Positions 13,259 to 26,039 of a stretch of 64,000 bases of DNA are shown in pieces. The notes beneath the pieces were generated by a model that saw only the letters and a program-made list of their open reading frames with translations, did not search any database and was not told the DNA's origin. Source of the stretch: Marsupella aquatica (taxonomy: Eukaryota; Plantae; Marchantiophyta); contig OZ316898.1 in assembly GCA_973895155.1 (NCBI GenBank), forward strand, positions 7,303,079 through 7,367,078, read 5' to 3'. The position numbers and the translations under genes were made by a program. How positions within the stretch are numbered: position 1 is the stretch's first letter; the number at the start of each line of letters is the position of its first letter.

Positions 13259-13879
13259 CACCTTCTTTTTTAGTGGCGAAAATTCGCCAAATTCCAGTTC
13301 TCCCAAAAATCTTTCGCCACTTTTGGCAAAAATTAGTTACTAGTTTTTGTGTGATTGGTCACTTTTGTAAAAAATTACGGTATGCTTAGCCAGTGTTGCA
13401 CCTAATTAATACAGGCCCCATTACCCAGAATTTAAGAGTCAACCTAATCTAAATCTAGGGGGATCAAATCTAGGGAGATCTAACTGTCAAGAAAAATAAT
13501 TGAAGAGTGAATCTTTAGAGCATCTTCTCCTTCACACAGTCTTTACATTCTCCGCTCTAGCCAAAAGTAAAATCCTTAAAAAATAGGCTGCTGGGTAGGG
13601 TGAGGACCAGCTTATTTTTCGGGTTTTTTTAATTTTTAGCCAATGTGGCAAATATTTGTTTTTCTAAGGGAGTAGATCCTAGGAATATTCTCTATCATAT
13701 GACCATCACACATCCCTAGATTTAAGGAGGGTCGTTAGATTCTGGCTAATGGCCCTCCATGATATGGTGGAAGAATGGTTAACGGTGTTAAAACAATCTA
13801 GCAAATATTAGCCAAAAGTGGGGAACATTTTTTGGGGAGGTGGAGTTTGGCTGAAATTTGCACTTAAAATATGCTGGTG
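13259..13879. mobile_element. MITE with degenerate CACC…GGTG terminal inverted repeats
   Basis: Left end CACCTTCTTTTTTAGTGGCGAAAATTCGCCAAATTCC…CCACTTTTGGC resembles the reverse complement of the right end. Related pieces at 1566-1860 and 44020-44193. No TSD seen. Confidence 0.55.
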
Positions 13880-15624
13880 AGGCCCATACCATTCATTTAA
13901 TTAACTACAGATTTCAATGCTACACCCACTTTACTCATCAACCATTAGTATATGTAATCTTGTCAATTTTTCTGGTCATTTTTTACTACTTCTCTTCATT
14001 TTACTATCAATTAGTTCGTGGACCCCTTGGCTAATAAAATCAGGGGGAAGAGTCAATCTGAGCCGTCTCCATTTCTTATCTCCGGAAATCTCGTCCGTCC
14101 ATCATAATGGCCAATCTATGGCTCAAAAGAAAGATCTCAAATAGATCTATGGATGGGTTCTGTCAGTTTTGCAAATGGGTTAATATTTTTCAAATGAAAA
14201 ATTAAACAAATCCAAGCCTTCCTAGCCGTCGATTTTGTTGATTTTATGATCTTTGCCGTCCATTTTGTAATGCCTCTAGAAATCTTATTCATCCATGTTA
14301 GAAGGCGAGCTAGGGTGCAAAACAAAGATCTCAATGAGATCTACGACTGGGTATTTTTTGTTTTGAGAATGAGTAAATAGTTTTGAGTATAGAATTCGAT
14401 TAACTTTCAAGATTCCAGCCATTCCTCCTCCTCGATCCTGGGTTTCTATGTGCTCTTCCCAGCATTAATGGCCATACAATACGAGAGGTCCTTACATACT
14501 GGGAGTTGCGGTTTAACAAGGAAGTTATCAAGTTAGTTATTAGTCATTATTTATTATATGAAAAATACTTTTTTATAAATCTTTGAATTTAAGTTTTAAA
14601 ATTGGAAATGTAACTAAAATGGTTACATAGTGATAGTTTTAACCGTCTTGCTCTTTGCATTTTCAATGTTTTTACTTTTCTTTTTACGGCACGGTGTCCC
14701 AAAATTTACACCCAAATTGACACAAACACGAATGAAAACTATAAGTTTGATCTACAAAACCGACGACTCTTGTTTGTTGCGGTTGTTGTTGACGTGGCAC
14801 GCTGTGGTGCCAGGAATTTTGGAAAGTACCTCTAGTGGGGTCCGTAAATACATTTAGAGGTTTTCTGGTCATTGTTGAATTTGTGCAATTGGGTTTTATT
14901 GTTGGATTGTGTGCAATGGGGTACACTAATAGGGTATACTGTCTTGGGAGGGGGGAGGGGGCTATGTACAATAGCTACTAGAGGACAAGTCATTATAGAT
15001 TATCAACTATTATAATATACTTAAAAACAAGGTATTTTATGTTGCGAGCAAACAAAAGATTTTGATAGCGAGAAAAATGTTATTAGCGAGACACTAATAA
15101 TTTCAAATTTCATTTGCTTTTTGGTGCCTTTTATAGTTTTTTTGTTTTTTCAAAGACTCCAAATGGCTACCGAGCTTGCTAGCAAAAAGGGGAGTCACCA
15201 AAAGGGATGTTACCAATCAGGTAGTTGATAGAGAGGCAGTTGGATGTAGAAAAATAGTGACCATCAGACATGATGCAATAATGTTTTTTGCTCATGCTAG
15301 GAAAAAAATTAATGTTTGCTTGTACGTTACAATTACCCCTTAAAAAATTTGGAGTCTAAAGCCGGGTGTACATAGGGAACAACCCTCTTCAGTGAGATTC
15401 TTTCAAAGATTTTTTGTGTACTCTTTGTTTGATTGATAGGGATTGTCCAAATATATATTTACTTTTGCAATAAAACACAAAATAAGTACATCTTATGAGT
15501 GCTATCTCACATGATCACATTAATTTTGTCTTTTTCTGTCAGTCCTCGAGAAGTTTCCAAAGTACTAAGTTGGCAAGAGAATCTTTCGGGGCTTGCGAGA
15601 CTTTTGGCTTTTTCCATAGAGAGT

Positions 15625-18425
15625 TTATATAACACAGTGCCCAAGGGCAAAAATGCCAACTGGGAGACAAGATCCCAAAGTCAAAGCAACCCACTGAACC
15701 CCGGAAAAGAGGGGAAAGGGCCCGAAGAAAAAACAGGCCAAGGGGTCCCTAACTCAAAAACCAATGCAAAATTAACCTAGAGAGGAGTCTTGAAAGCTAA
15801 TGTACCCTACTGCATGGAGAACTGAAAAGCCTAGTAGAGCTCCGGAGTAAACCGCAAAGGAGGGTCCCGAAGCAGACCTGACGGGAGGCCCTAAAACCAA
15901 CTGCCTCAGCCCTACGAAGTAAGGTGAAATCCTGGGCCCGTCGAAGAGCCACAAACATCGCGCTGCCAAAAAAAGGCGGTAAGGACAGAGACAGGGGGGA
16001 AAGGCCACCTCTCAATACAATAAAAGCAGAGGCCTGCAGGACTGGTCGAAGGTAGGGTGGAGAGCACCAAAAACCTCAAGGGCAAAAGGGTAGAAAAGAT
16101 CCCCCCGAGTAGCGAACTGCATAGGCCTCCTCCTTGAACCGGGCCGCCTTGGCAGCAGCATGGCCAGGTACGTGGGCGGCAATTGCGACATGGCTACCCC
16201 CGATCGGGTCAGCAACCACCACATCCCCAAGAGCACGAACCCCGGCCCTAGAAAAGACCAGATCCGCCCCCGCCGGTCAAGAAGACCATCCCGAGGGGGG
16301 AGGACATGTCGTTCCCGGGGTTGTTGCTCCATGGCAACATGGTAACCAGAGTCCCTGGCAATGGCAGCCACTACATCCCGAATATCATCATGAGTGGTAG
16401 TCCTCTCATTCCCATGGGCACACCTAAGAATATGAACTTCCAACGAATCCAACGACGCCCCACAAACACAAGTGGGTTGGCCAAGGAGGCAAGGGTGAGG
16501 AAGTCCCAACCAAAGGCACAATAAAGTGGCAGGTGAAGTGGTAAAGAGGAAGGAGCTCATACAAAAGGGGGCCCACAAAGGACTAGTAGACAGCCACACT
16601 CCAGAACCGACTCCTGCACAAGAAAGGAGGCGAGCCCAAACCGAGTCAGAAGATGTCTCCGAGAGCATGCTGGAAAGGGTGTGATGATGCATGTGGTCGG
16701 AAATCACCTGCTGGACACGGTCCGGACTGTCTAGAGCCACCTCCATGAAGTTCGGAACAACGGCCTGCATAACCTCGGGCAGGAGTGAACGGATCTGGCA
16801 AAGGCAAACCTGGAATGGGAGGACACCCTCCTCAACCCCCATGACGTGGTCAAAGAGGATAAGTTGGATATCCACAATGAAACGAGAAGCAAGGGCAAGG
16901 GCCACCTGTGCCCAACTCCTAAGGAACGTGCACGGGGTAGTGGAAACAGCCAAGGAAATACCCATGCCACCGCCGAAAGGCGGCAGGGCAGCCAGCTGAG
17001 CTGCAAGAGAACTGTCCTCTCTGTCAAGGGCTCCAGGGCCGATAAGGTGTCCAAAGGTCCCCATCACAATGGTGTCGAAGGATGAGAGCAAGGACAAAAA
17101 CAAGGGAGTGGGTGGAACAGTCCCGAGAAGGTATGAAGGGCGCCGGACAAAGCACTAGGCCAAAGTCATGAAGGAAATCGGGATGTTGCTAAGTGCCACC
17201 AGTTGGTCGATGTGAAGAACATCCTGAGATAATGTCACTTGCAAGAACTCATGGACAAAAGCATCATCCCCGAATGGGACCCCCAGGACCCAAATGCCCT
17301 CCACACAAAGGGGGACACCAAGGGGAGGGGAGAAAGAATCTGGAAGAGGATGTGGAGACCAGACCCCTCGGGGGTCTCACTATATGGGGACCTTCCCATC
17401 GCCTGCGACGTTTTTAGGCCTCGGACCCCCTAAAATGTAAGAAAAAAATATTATTTTTTAACCCCTATAAAGTTGGAATATTCTTGGAATATTCTAAAAA
17501 TTGGATTAAAAAGACCCTAATGTTCTTATAAGTCTCAAAATTGAATTTAAAAGATCCTATTGTTCTTCTACAAAAATTCTTAAGTCTTCCCTTAGAACCA
17601 ATAAAATGACCCTATCCTTTGTCGCACGTGATATGCCATTTTTGTGGAAGTGAAACCCCCGAGCCAGACCCCGCACTTCCAAGACTCCACTGAAAGGCTA
17701 AGAAGTGCCAACTGGTCAGCAAAGTGGAGATAAGCATCCCCAAGGACTGAGGTGGGCCCCACCAGATGAGTATCATCAGCAATGGACGGAAACATGCACC
17801 CAGGAAAGGCAAGTGAGGATCCCCGGAGAGCAAGAAAGTGTGCCATGGCAAACAAACCCCCACCGATGGAATCCCCCTGCCGAGTTCTGAACTCAGAAAG
17901 AATCATTGTGTAAGACCCAAGATTGAGTTGGTCAGGATAGAACAAGAGGGCAGGGGTCCCATAGAAGGCCCGGACAAAAGGAATGAGGGAGGCAATCTCC
18001 CGCCCCGCCAACATCACGCAACTCCTAAAAAAAAGCACATTGAGAGACATTGTTGAAAGCATTGGCCATGTCAACCTGGATGACTGCCCAATTAGGACGG
18101 ATATCCACGATCGAACACAGGCCATGCACAACACTCTCACAACCCCCCAAGGTTGCTACCCCAAACTGATGAGGGGAGAGGGGAGAAGCAAAAGGTGATC
18201 GGGTCTAAAGCGGGGTCTGAAGGCAAACACAATGACTGGCCATCTGGTAAAGAATCTCAGTCACCAATGGCAAGGGGTTGCACCCCAGACGGCAGGCCAC
18301 AACAGGGGGAATATGGGCCCCAGCAACATGAGCGCAGATCGACCTGAAAAAGTTGAGAGAACCTTGACGCAGAGTAGTCAAAAAGGAAACAGTCCCTCAG
18401 GTACTCAAACATCATCCCCGAGTGA
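15625..18425 (-). mobile_element. 5'-truncated, disrupted non-LTR retrotransposon with RT and restriction-like endonuclease (CRE-like clade)
   Basis: RT motifs across frames: GVQPLAIGD, HQFGVAT.GGCE, QVDMANAFN, TRQGDSIGGGLF, SIADDTHLVG, GIWVLGVPFG. C-terminal CVCG…HILRC, THDDIRD and FYPFALEVFG fit the zinc knuckle, RHD and PD-(D/E)xK nuclease region. Frameshifts and stops present. The 3' boundary is approximate. Confidence 0.85.
17367..17663. mobile_element. 297-bp MITE inserted in the retrotransposon RT; 15-bp TIR, 8-bp TSD (hAT-like)
   Basis: TIR CTCGGGGGTCTCACT / AGTGAAACCCCCGAG; TSD CCAGACCC at 17359-17366 and 17664-17671. Removing the element rejoins the RT frame (CGVW|SPHPLP). Confidence 0.9.
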
Positions 18426-18643
18426 GATTTAATTAAAGACAAAAGTGGGTTTGTTTTGCTTTTATTAGACTCCCTATAGTTTTCTTTTGGAAGTGAAGGG
18501 GGGGAGGTGCGGGTGTGCGGGGGGGGAGAGGGAGGAAAGGACCTCGGAAGGGACTGGCAAGGGCAGGAAGAAATAGAAAAATGGGAGAATCAAGGACAAA
18601 AAATGAATGATTTTCTCCTTAGTACAAGCATCGTGCAACCACA

Positions 18644-18861
18644 CTCAGGGGTTCTCACTATATCAACTGAGGCTACCCATCATTTGGGCGGTTTTAAGCC
18701 TTAGACCCCCTGAAATGTCAGAAAAAATCAAATGTACCCCTATACACTCAATATTAGATTTAAAAGGCCCAAAAATTCTTTCATTTTTCTTTATTTTTTC
18801 CCTTGGAACCTATAAAAGAACCCTAATATTATAACTATTTCTATGGATGTGAGACCTAGAG
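18644..18861. mobile_element. Second copy of the same MITE family (218 bp)
   Basis: Degenerate TIR CTCAGGGGTTCTCAC / GTGAGACCTAGAG; TSD CAACCACA at 18636-18643 and 18862-18869; internal similarity to 17367-17663 (GACCCCCT.AAATGT.AGAAAAAA). Confidence 0.85.
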
Positions 18862-21800
18862 CAACCACACTTTGACCTCACAAAGCCCCGCTACCATGCC
18901 TTGTCTCTCTTATGCTCTGTGCCACCCTCGCCCATACCCTTTCCAACAATATGGCTATCCAATTCAAAATTAAAATGTAAAACTAAGGCCAAGGTTTATA
19001 AAATTTGTTAATTGCATGATTGATCTAAACATTTAACATTAATAAAACACTATTAAAAAAACTACACTTTTAGTGAAGGCCAATCATGAGACCAAGCTCC
19101 CAATATTTTTTCTCCCCAAGACCCAACTTGCTTGAGGTGCCTTGGGGGCGCGCATCTCTATTAGTCTTGTTGTTTTCCCTACCCACTCATTGTTCCATAT
19201 ATTTCTCTCTCATTGACAATATAGAGTTCTTGCCCAACCCTTGCCCGTACTCTCACTACTATTTGAGCCTTCTATATATTCCCTATTTTGGTGTTGACTT
19301 TGAACTGCATTTTCACTACATAAGCTTATGCGCAATGACAACACTTTTTATGATGAATGGGCAAGAACAAATGGCCTTTCATTGAAATCCATTTTCCCAG
19401 TTTGATCTATCATTCCACCAAAAATCCTTTAATCCCTCTGCCCACCCTCACTTATTGCTAGCCTTGTATGCCTTGGTTCACAATTTGTGCACTCCAGTAC
19501 GCCTCCTTTCCCATATAGTGGGCGAGAGAAGAGGGTGGCCATAACAAAGGGAGAAAGATCAAGGGTGTGAGAAAGAGAACGAGATTAAATGGGAGAGGGG
19601 AACAAAGGAAACAATTATCCAGGGTAGGCAAGGGAGAAAGATCAAGGGTGTGGGGAAAGGAACTAAATTGAGATTACATTGGAGAGGGAAAGAAGGAAAC
19701 AATTATCCTGCAAGTGGACTTGCATCTGGAACTTATTGCTCTCTCTATTGAACCTGAAAATGAACATTATCAGCTCGAGACTGAGCCAAGATCGAAACAT
19801 AGTTGCAGTTTTTGGTGAAAGAGGAAACCGCCATACAGCAGCCGCGTGAGTTTACCGAATTTATGTTTTCGGTTGGCATCTCATGTACTGTTAGTACCTT
19901 GATTATGCTCCGACCCAACTACACTGGAAGGCCGGTAGATAGACTTCTCTCGATGGGGCGAGAGGCACACTGCAGAAAAAGAAATGCATGTTTGGAAATT
20001 CTGTACTGGGACCAGAAGTGGCTGGGAACTCCCGGCCTGACAGTATAGTCCATCCATAAATTAGGGTAGGCTTTTAAGCCACTGTTTACACTCTCGAGGA
20101 CATCCCGTACTTTAGCTGCGAGCTGCTTGCTCTTCACAACACCACTCTCTTGGTAGAGGACATGAATTACCATGTGGTCAACGACAGTATGACCACATAG
20201 CCTTAGCCTTAGCCTGCATTAGGTCAATAGCCTGGCGATTCGGTCCTCCCCTTGCAATTTTCACATGTAAGTTCCAGGAAGTTTTGAAATTGCACCGCAC
20301 AAGTCGACATAATTATGCTGAAGTGGTTTCGCAGCTGTCGGGGTTGTGGTTCATGTTACGGTTGTGTTCAGTTATTTTCAATGATGGCTAAAATAAACGT
20401 CAACGTACTAGGTCTTCAGACAAGAAAACATGTACGATGTTGCCAAAAGCTATGTGATTATTTCTGCTTTCCAATTTCAGCCTTTCCAACCTGTAATTGT
20501 TTCCTACTTGTGAACACGATTTCGGAACCCGAACTTTCAAATCAGTGTGGGCCACTACTGCCGGATTGAAATTCAGCCACGAATGCCATTTTCAAAATCA
20601 CAATGAGAGTGCGTGAAGGAAACCCTACCAGGCTTGCGTGAAGGGGTGGAAATAAACATTTTTGTCACTGGGCCCACTTCTGTTTGAATGAGAAAAGAAC
20701 CGAAATCATATTGTCAAATAAACGCTCCATTGACACGTAATAGTCTATTCGCCAGGCCAGTTCGAGCAAGGTTATTGACGCAACCAGATTATTTTGATCA
20801 ACGACAATCTCTTCACTCGAGTAATTCAAGCAAGAGACACGTCAATTTTCTTGGGCTGGCGATGAAATTACTGCTTCCGATTGGAAAGCAAAGAACGGCA
20901 GAGGTCGATTTTCTAGAAGGTTTGATTGATAGTAATACCGGCCTTAACCTGGTTATGATTCGGGATAGCAACGTGTGTAACTTATGCAATTACGTAATTG
21001 AAGAGAAGAGGCGTTTACTATGGCACACGTTTTGTTAGCCGGGTTCTTCGGTTGGTTAACAACGGGGTTACCAATTTCACACAGATTCGTTAAGTTTGTC
21101 TTCTCATGATAGCTCTCGTTCTTGTTCTTCCATTTCAACATTTCAAATCTGGATCTACGTACGTATGCAAACGAAGTGAGAAGTCATACCCTGGCTTGGG
21201 TTTTTTGAGTTGCCCTCACACCGCCAGAGAACAATGTCCACCTTCTCTGAAATTCCTTCTTTGGGTTACATGAGACGTTTACAGGCAGAGGGTGGCAGAA
21301 TTGGGCCGGTGCGGCTAGCTAGAAGGTACGACCAACTAAATTCAAAGTAGGGAATCATATCTAGGTTAAGAAGGTTTTGCGTTAATTTGTGATTCCAGAC
21401 CCTACATTCAGCTCACGGTAGCCTACAACTCAAGCTGTTGTGTTCTGCATTTACACATCTAATTGGATCGACAAATGAGTTACGCGATCCGGTACGTGGC
21501 TAGATCTTCTAGTTTTGCATCTCCTACATTCATTTAGATGGGATTTTCAGATGCTCTCTTTCCTCGCATTGCCCTCTCCGTGGCGCTGCTAGTCAATCAG
21601 TCGTCGACCCGTTACTTCACTTGACGTGTGCCCTTAGATGGACAAGTACGCGAAATGCACAATTGAATTGAACAATTTTGGACTGAGCGAAATACCAAGA
21701 ATCTTGGTTGTTAAGGTCCACAGCATGTTCACTCTGGCTTGAATTGACGATTCAGACGAGCTACCGCGTGAAAGAGGACTCGTGCTGCCCAATCGTATAG

Positions 21801-22365
21801 CCTTTCCTACAGAATTCAACGTACAGCGGCCATTTGCATGGCAGCAAATTCGTTGAGGCAGTGGGCGGTGCTCTACTCCAGCAACTTACGTGCCGGAGCA
21901 TTCCAGCCGGGATGGTCCTTGATTGATCCCACTGAAGAATTTTCCGGAAAGTATAAAGGCCTTTGGATCAGCCCCAAATGCAGTAGTTGTCTACACCGCA
22001 CTCTCACAACCGTGTGGATAAACTCGAGAACTTCTAAGTGACTGCTGATTTTGAGTTCCAGTTGTGCTGTTTGGTGGCGAGCCCCAACTTTGTCATATAA
22101 ATTGCTAGTGTGTATTCACACTGTGGTCTCTCTAGACGAATCTGTGTGACTAGCCTGAGCTTTATCATAGAAATTACTAGTGTAGATCGAGCGTCTGGTT
22201 TCTCTAGATGAATGTATGAAAAATTATTAGGGTCCATTGAGCCTTTAGTCTTTCTAGATAAATTTGTGGTGTCCATTTAACTTATGATCTCTTTAGTCTC
22301 TCTAGATAAATTTGTGCTGTCCATTGAACCTATGGTCTCCTTACATACATAGTACACATAAATTT

Positions 22366-23048
22366 GTGAGATTTATTGAATTTATATATTTTTTATATTA
22401 ATATTTTAAATTAATGTTTTTCAAAAAATTATAATTAAATATTATATTTTTTATTTTAATATATATTAGTTTTATTTTTTAATTACATATAATTTTAAAA
22501 TTTTATTTTTAAAATAAAATTTACAATATTTATTGAACTTAATTTTAATTTAAATATTATAATTAAAAAATTACTTAATAATATTTATATTAATAATAAT
22601 ATTTATTATAATATTTAAAATAAATAATATTTTTAATTATTTAGAAGATCTTGAAATTAGAGATTCTATCATATATTTGTCGAATATTTTTTAATTTTTT
22701 ATTTAATTTTTTAAAAATATATTTAAATAAATATTAATATTTTATATTAAAAAATTATTCGACGTTATTTGAATTCTAATCATGAAATCTTTTTAAATAA
22801 TAAAATATATTATATTTTTTAAATTTATTATAAAACATATTATTATTATTTAAAATAAATTTAATTAATATTTTAATTATTAAATTAAATTTAAATTTAA
22901 GTTCAATAAATTATTGTAGATTAATAAAAATATTTTCATAATAAAAACTAAATTAATATTTTTGTCACATTTTAAATTAAATTAATAAATTTTTTAATAA
23001 ATTTTTGTCTAAAATTTTGTATATAAATATTTATTATACAAATCTTAC
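22366..23048. repeat. Extremely AT-rich decayed inverted repeat (foldback element)
   Basis: Symmetric anchors TATTGAACTT (22531) / AAGTTCAATA (22899) and GTCGAATA (22679) / TATTCGAC (22756) share a centre at ~22720. Very few G or C residues remain. Confidence 0.7.
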
Positions 23049-25695
23049 TAGAGTTGACTTTATTGGATTGATTTTTCAACAGAAAAAAAAGTTAAGAATC
23101 TAGAAAAAAAGAATGTTAGGAGATTGACTTAAAAATGTATTTTTTCTCTCAAATAATTGTATAAGATTGAACTAGAAACATTCTTGTGATGTGTGGATCC
23201 CACCTTCCTGATGCAATTCCAATGCAATTCAGACTGACACCTGGTGACCTGAACCCTTGGTGATGTCATTATTCTGGTGACCTGAACCCCAGGTGATGTC
23301 ATTAATTGTCATTTTTATCATAGGTTTTGATGTCTGTTTAGGGGCTTTAGCAAAGGATGACATGTGCAATCTTGTACCATATGATTTTATCTCAAATTGG
23401 ATTGAGTAGCTATAATTGTAGTGCTCCAAGCTTTCATGAACGATTGCTTAGTGATTGGCTTGACCAACAACCAACAACTTGATTCCCACATGTTCATCAT
23501 GCCTCCACTCAGATTCGCAAAACCAGTCTGCTTTCCTAAAAGCAATGGGTTTTGCTGAAACTTCAGCTGAGGCTGCCACGTGGAAGTTTGAAGAGATAGC
23601 GTTTACAGTGAAACTATTGCATCGGGTATTGCATTGCACGAGCTTCGTATTCCTTTTGGTATGGGAGTCAGCTACTCTCAAATTTGGCTTGGGATCTGTC
23701 TGTATTCAGTGTTCATGCCAAAAAATCCAGACTGAATCGCTTTTCAGTTGACTAATACACAAACCGCTACAACAGTGATGTGGGTGCACTGTAATTTCCG
23801 GATATGGCCGTCCACTAATATGTTCAATTTCCAATGTGCTCAGCTCTGATAGAAAAAGGCAACTCGTAGTACACGTTTACATCGACTGCGGATGAGCTGT
23901 TCGTGAGCATGATCAACGTCGAACAACTCAGCATGGAGGAGGTAATCAACGATTCAGAAAAAGTTTGAGCGCACCAGCCTGTTACAAGACGAACCGAGAA
24001 CAGGAATTAAATCCAATTCGAGCTTGAATTTCCATATTGTCATATGTCATTGAACGAAATTGACGAGGTGACGAGGTAGATCGCAGGTAATCTGAAAATA
24101 ATCTGCGGGCAGAAAGTTTTATTTGATGATCTTAGTTTTATTTGATGATCTGATGAGTTTTCAAGAGCCTATTTGAACAAACAGTTCGGCGTGGTTCCCA
24201 AAAAGTGAAATGATCTAAGGAGTCTTTGCCTCTCTTAGATGGAGAGAATCGAGGAGAGCCTACAAAATCATGACGTATTGAGCTTGTCAATCATGCCGAC
24301 CTTGTTGGATTACTTAGGTAGTCTTAGTAACACGTGTCATCAAAGTAAGTGATATCTGCTATGAGAGGCCAGGTTTTAGTGTCCCCGATATCGACACGAT
24401 TGGAGAATCAATTTTGCGGCATGCAAGCCTGGAAGTTAGTACAAGTCCATAACATTTAATTAGGATTTCCCAAGGACAACTGTCTTATACACATACTGAC
24501 TTGCTATAGCAGGTTTTTCAGCTGTGTTTTCACCGTTGCAAGATCATCCAAGAAAGTATTTGAACGTTTCTGAAGAACTTTGTTAGTCTTCTAAAGGTAT
24601 ATTATTTTCAGATTTTGAAATTACAAATCTTATGAAAATCGCTTGGTATGAATAACCTTTCAGTCCCTCCTGCAGCTTGTATATTAATTTTCCAGATGTA
24701 TAACTGATCTCTGTAAAGACATTTCCTATTGTTTATTTCCCCGCTTTGTTTTAGTGCCCTAGAGCCGGCACAGCCACACATATAGAGTGTTGTTTATCCA
24801 CTTAGCTGACAACACAGAACGTATGCTCCCACTGCAGGCTGTTAAGGACCTTTGCATTCCTTCAGCATGACACGGAATTTGCTCACAACTTTTGTACGAA
24901 TCTACAGAGCTACTGTAGCTGTGGAGCCTCTTTCTTTTTGCTAAATTGAATGCCCACTATCACACTCTCCAGGTCGAGTACTTGAGAGTCGGTTGGACCT
25001 TCTTTGACCTGACTGTGTTCTTTACACGAAAAAGTCTGTCGGAACTGTCATGTTACAGAATGAATAGTGAGGCTGCGCGCAGCGATGATGTAAGGTCTCC
25101 ACAGTAAGCCGACAACTGAATTAGGAGCAGCTCTACAATAATTATTATTTCTTGAGTTGCAGATATTTTAGTGTAATCGGATCCAAGAATGCGCTCTGCC
25201 ATCCATACCTCGTACGAATGCTGACGAATCTTGCAACGACACATCTCATTTTTAAAGAGCGAAGTTTTGTTTTGTCCTAGACACTTGCGTGCTAAAGTAT
25301 GCCAAAAGGAAAAGGAAAATTCAGGAAGGGCGAGCGCGGTCCTACAGTAACCCGCGATTCGTGCATGCGCCGCAGGATCGACTAAGGATCATGCTCCTTC
25401 TGCACCAATTGTGGTTGACAATCTTTTCCGCAGCAGCATCCAATCCTCTCACGTACGGTCAGTATAATTAAGTTGCTGTGATCCACCAACTTAATCCGTG
25501 CTTTAGCATCTCCTTGTGGGAATAGAAGTGTTGATGTCGACTTCAATGTGCTAGCTTTGTTGACACCAGGGACTTCTGCTAGCTTCAGCATTTGTTGACC
25601 TCGGTGACTATCGAGCTTCTTCTCCGGTCTCCTGGAAGAAGCTGACCATCGCTGAAAATCGCTCTTTCCGCAGTCCTTGTGAACTGAATCGATAG

Positions 25696-26039
25696 ATGGC
25701 CCGGCGGTTGGGAGATGAGAGCCCTAGAGCTGAAATTCCTAGGACTGTGGCAAGCGAGCCTCGTGAAAAATGTTCCATCTGTGGAGACACAGATTGCGTG
25801 TGAGTACAGTCTCAGATGAGAGCGTCAAGCTTGAAATTAACGGAATTAAGTCTTCAAACAATGGCAGTTGTTCTTTGTTCATGTGTTTAGATACCAGCAT
25901 ATACGAGTCATTAATTGATAGGAAGAGTGATCGATAACTGACCCGGCCACTTATACATGCAATCTTATATGCATGATGCAGCTGTTACCAGCCCGAGGAT
26001 AGAAACCGGATTCAGATTAAGAAACGGCGGACAAGCTAG
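25696..26039 (+). CDS. Small Cys-motif protein, paralog B, 53 aa; exons 25696-25799, 25982-26039: MARRLGDESPRAEIPRTVASEPREKCSICGDTDCVCYQPEDRNRIQIKKRRTS
   Basis: Consensus donor GT|GTGAGT and acceptor ATGCAG|CTGT. The motif DNA (ATCTGTGGAGACAC.GATTGCGT|GTGAGT) is nearly identical to paralog C exon 1. Predicted 3'UTR intron 26090-26331 has branch point TACTAAC. Confidence 0.8.

Noticed and set aside
16134-18432. Numerous + strand ORFs opposite the retrotransposon
   Set aside because: Antisense shadows of the GC-rich RT/endonuclease sequence with no recognisable motifs.
19780-19851. EPRSKHSCSFW followed by a GTGAGT site, a possible decayed family member
   Set aside because: Needs an assumed 2-nt insertion to recover CxxCG, and no third Cys or matching downstream exon is present.
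19919-20173. 84-aa minus-strand ORF with protein-like composition
   Set aside because: No recognisable domain, splice context or paralog in the window to support it.
21838-23751. Two + strand ORFs sharing PxCSSCLH (21973-21996 and 23485-23508), considered as further Cys-motif family exons
   Set aside because: They lack the C-x-C half and the GTGAGT donor, and their Ser codons differ in class (AGT vs TCA). The second has an in-frame TGA at 23461 just upstream, so a spliced model fails without a frameshift. Probably chance.
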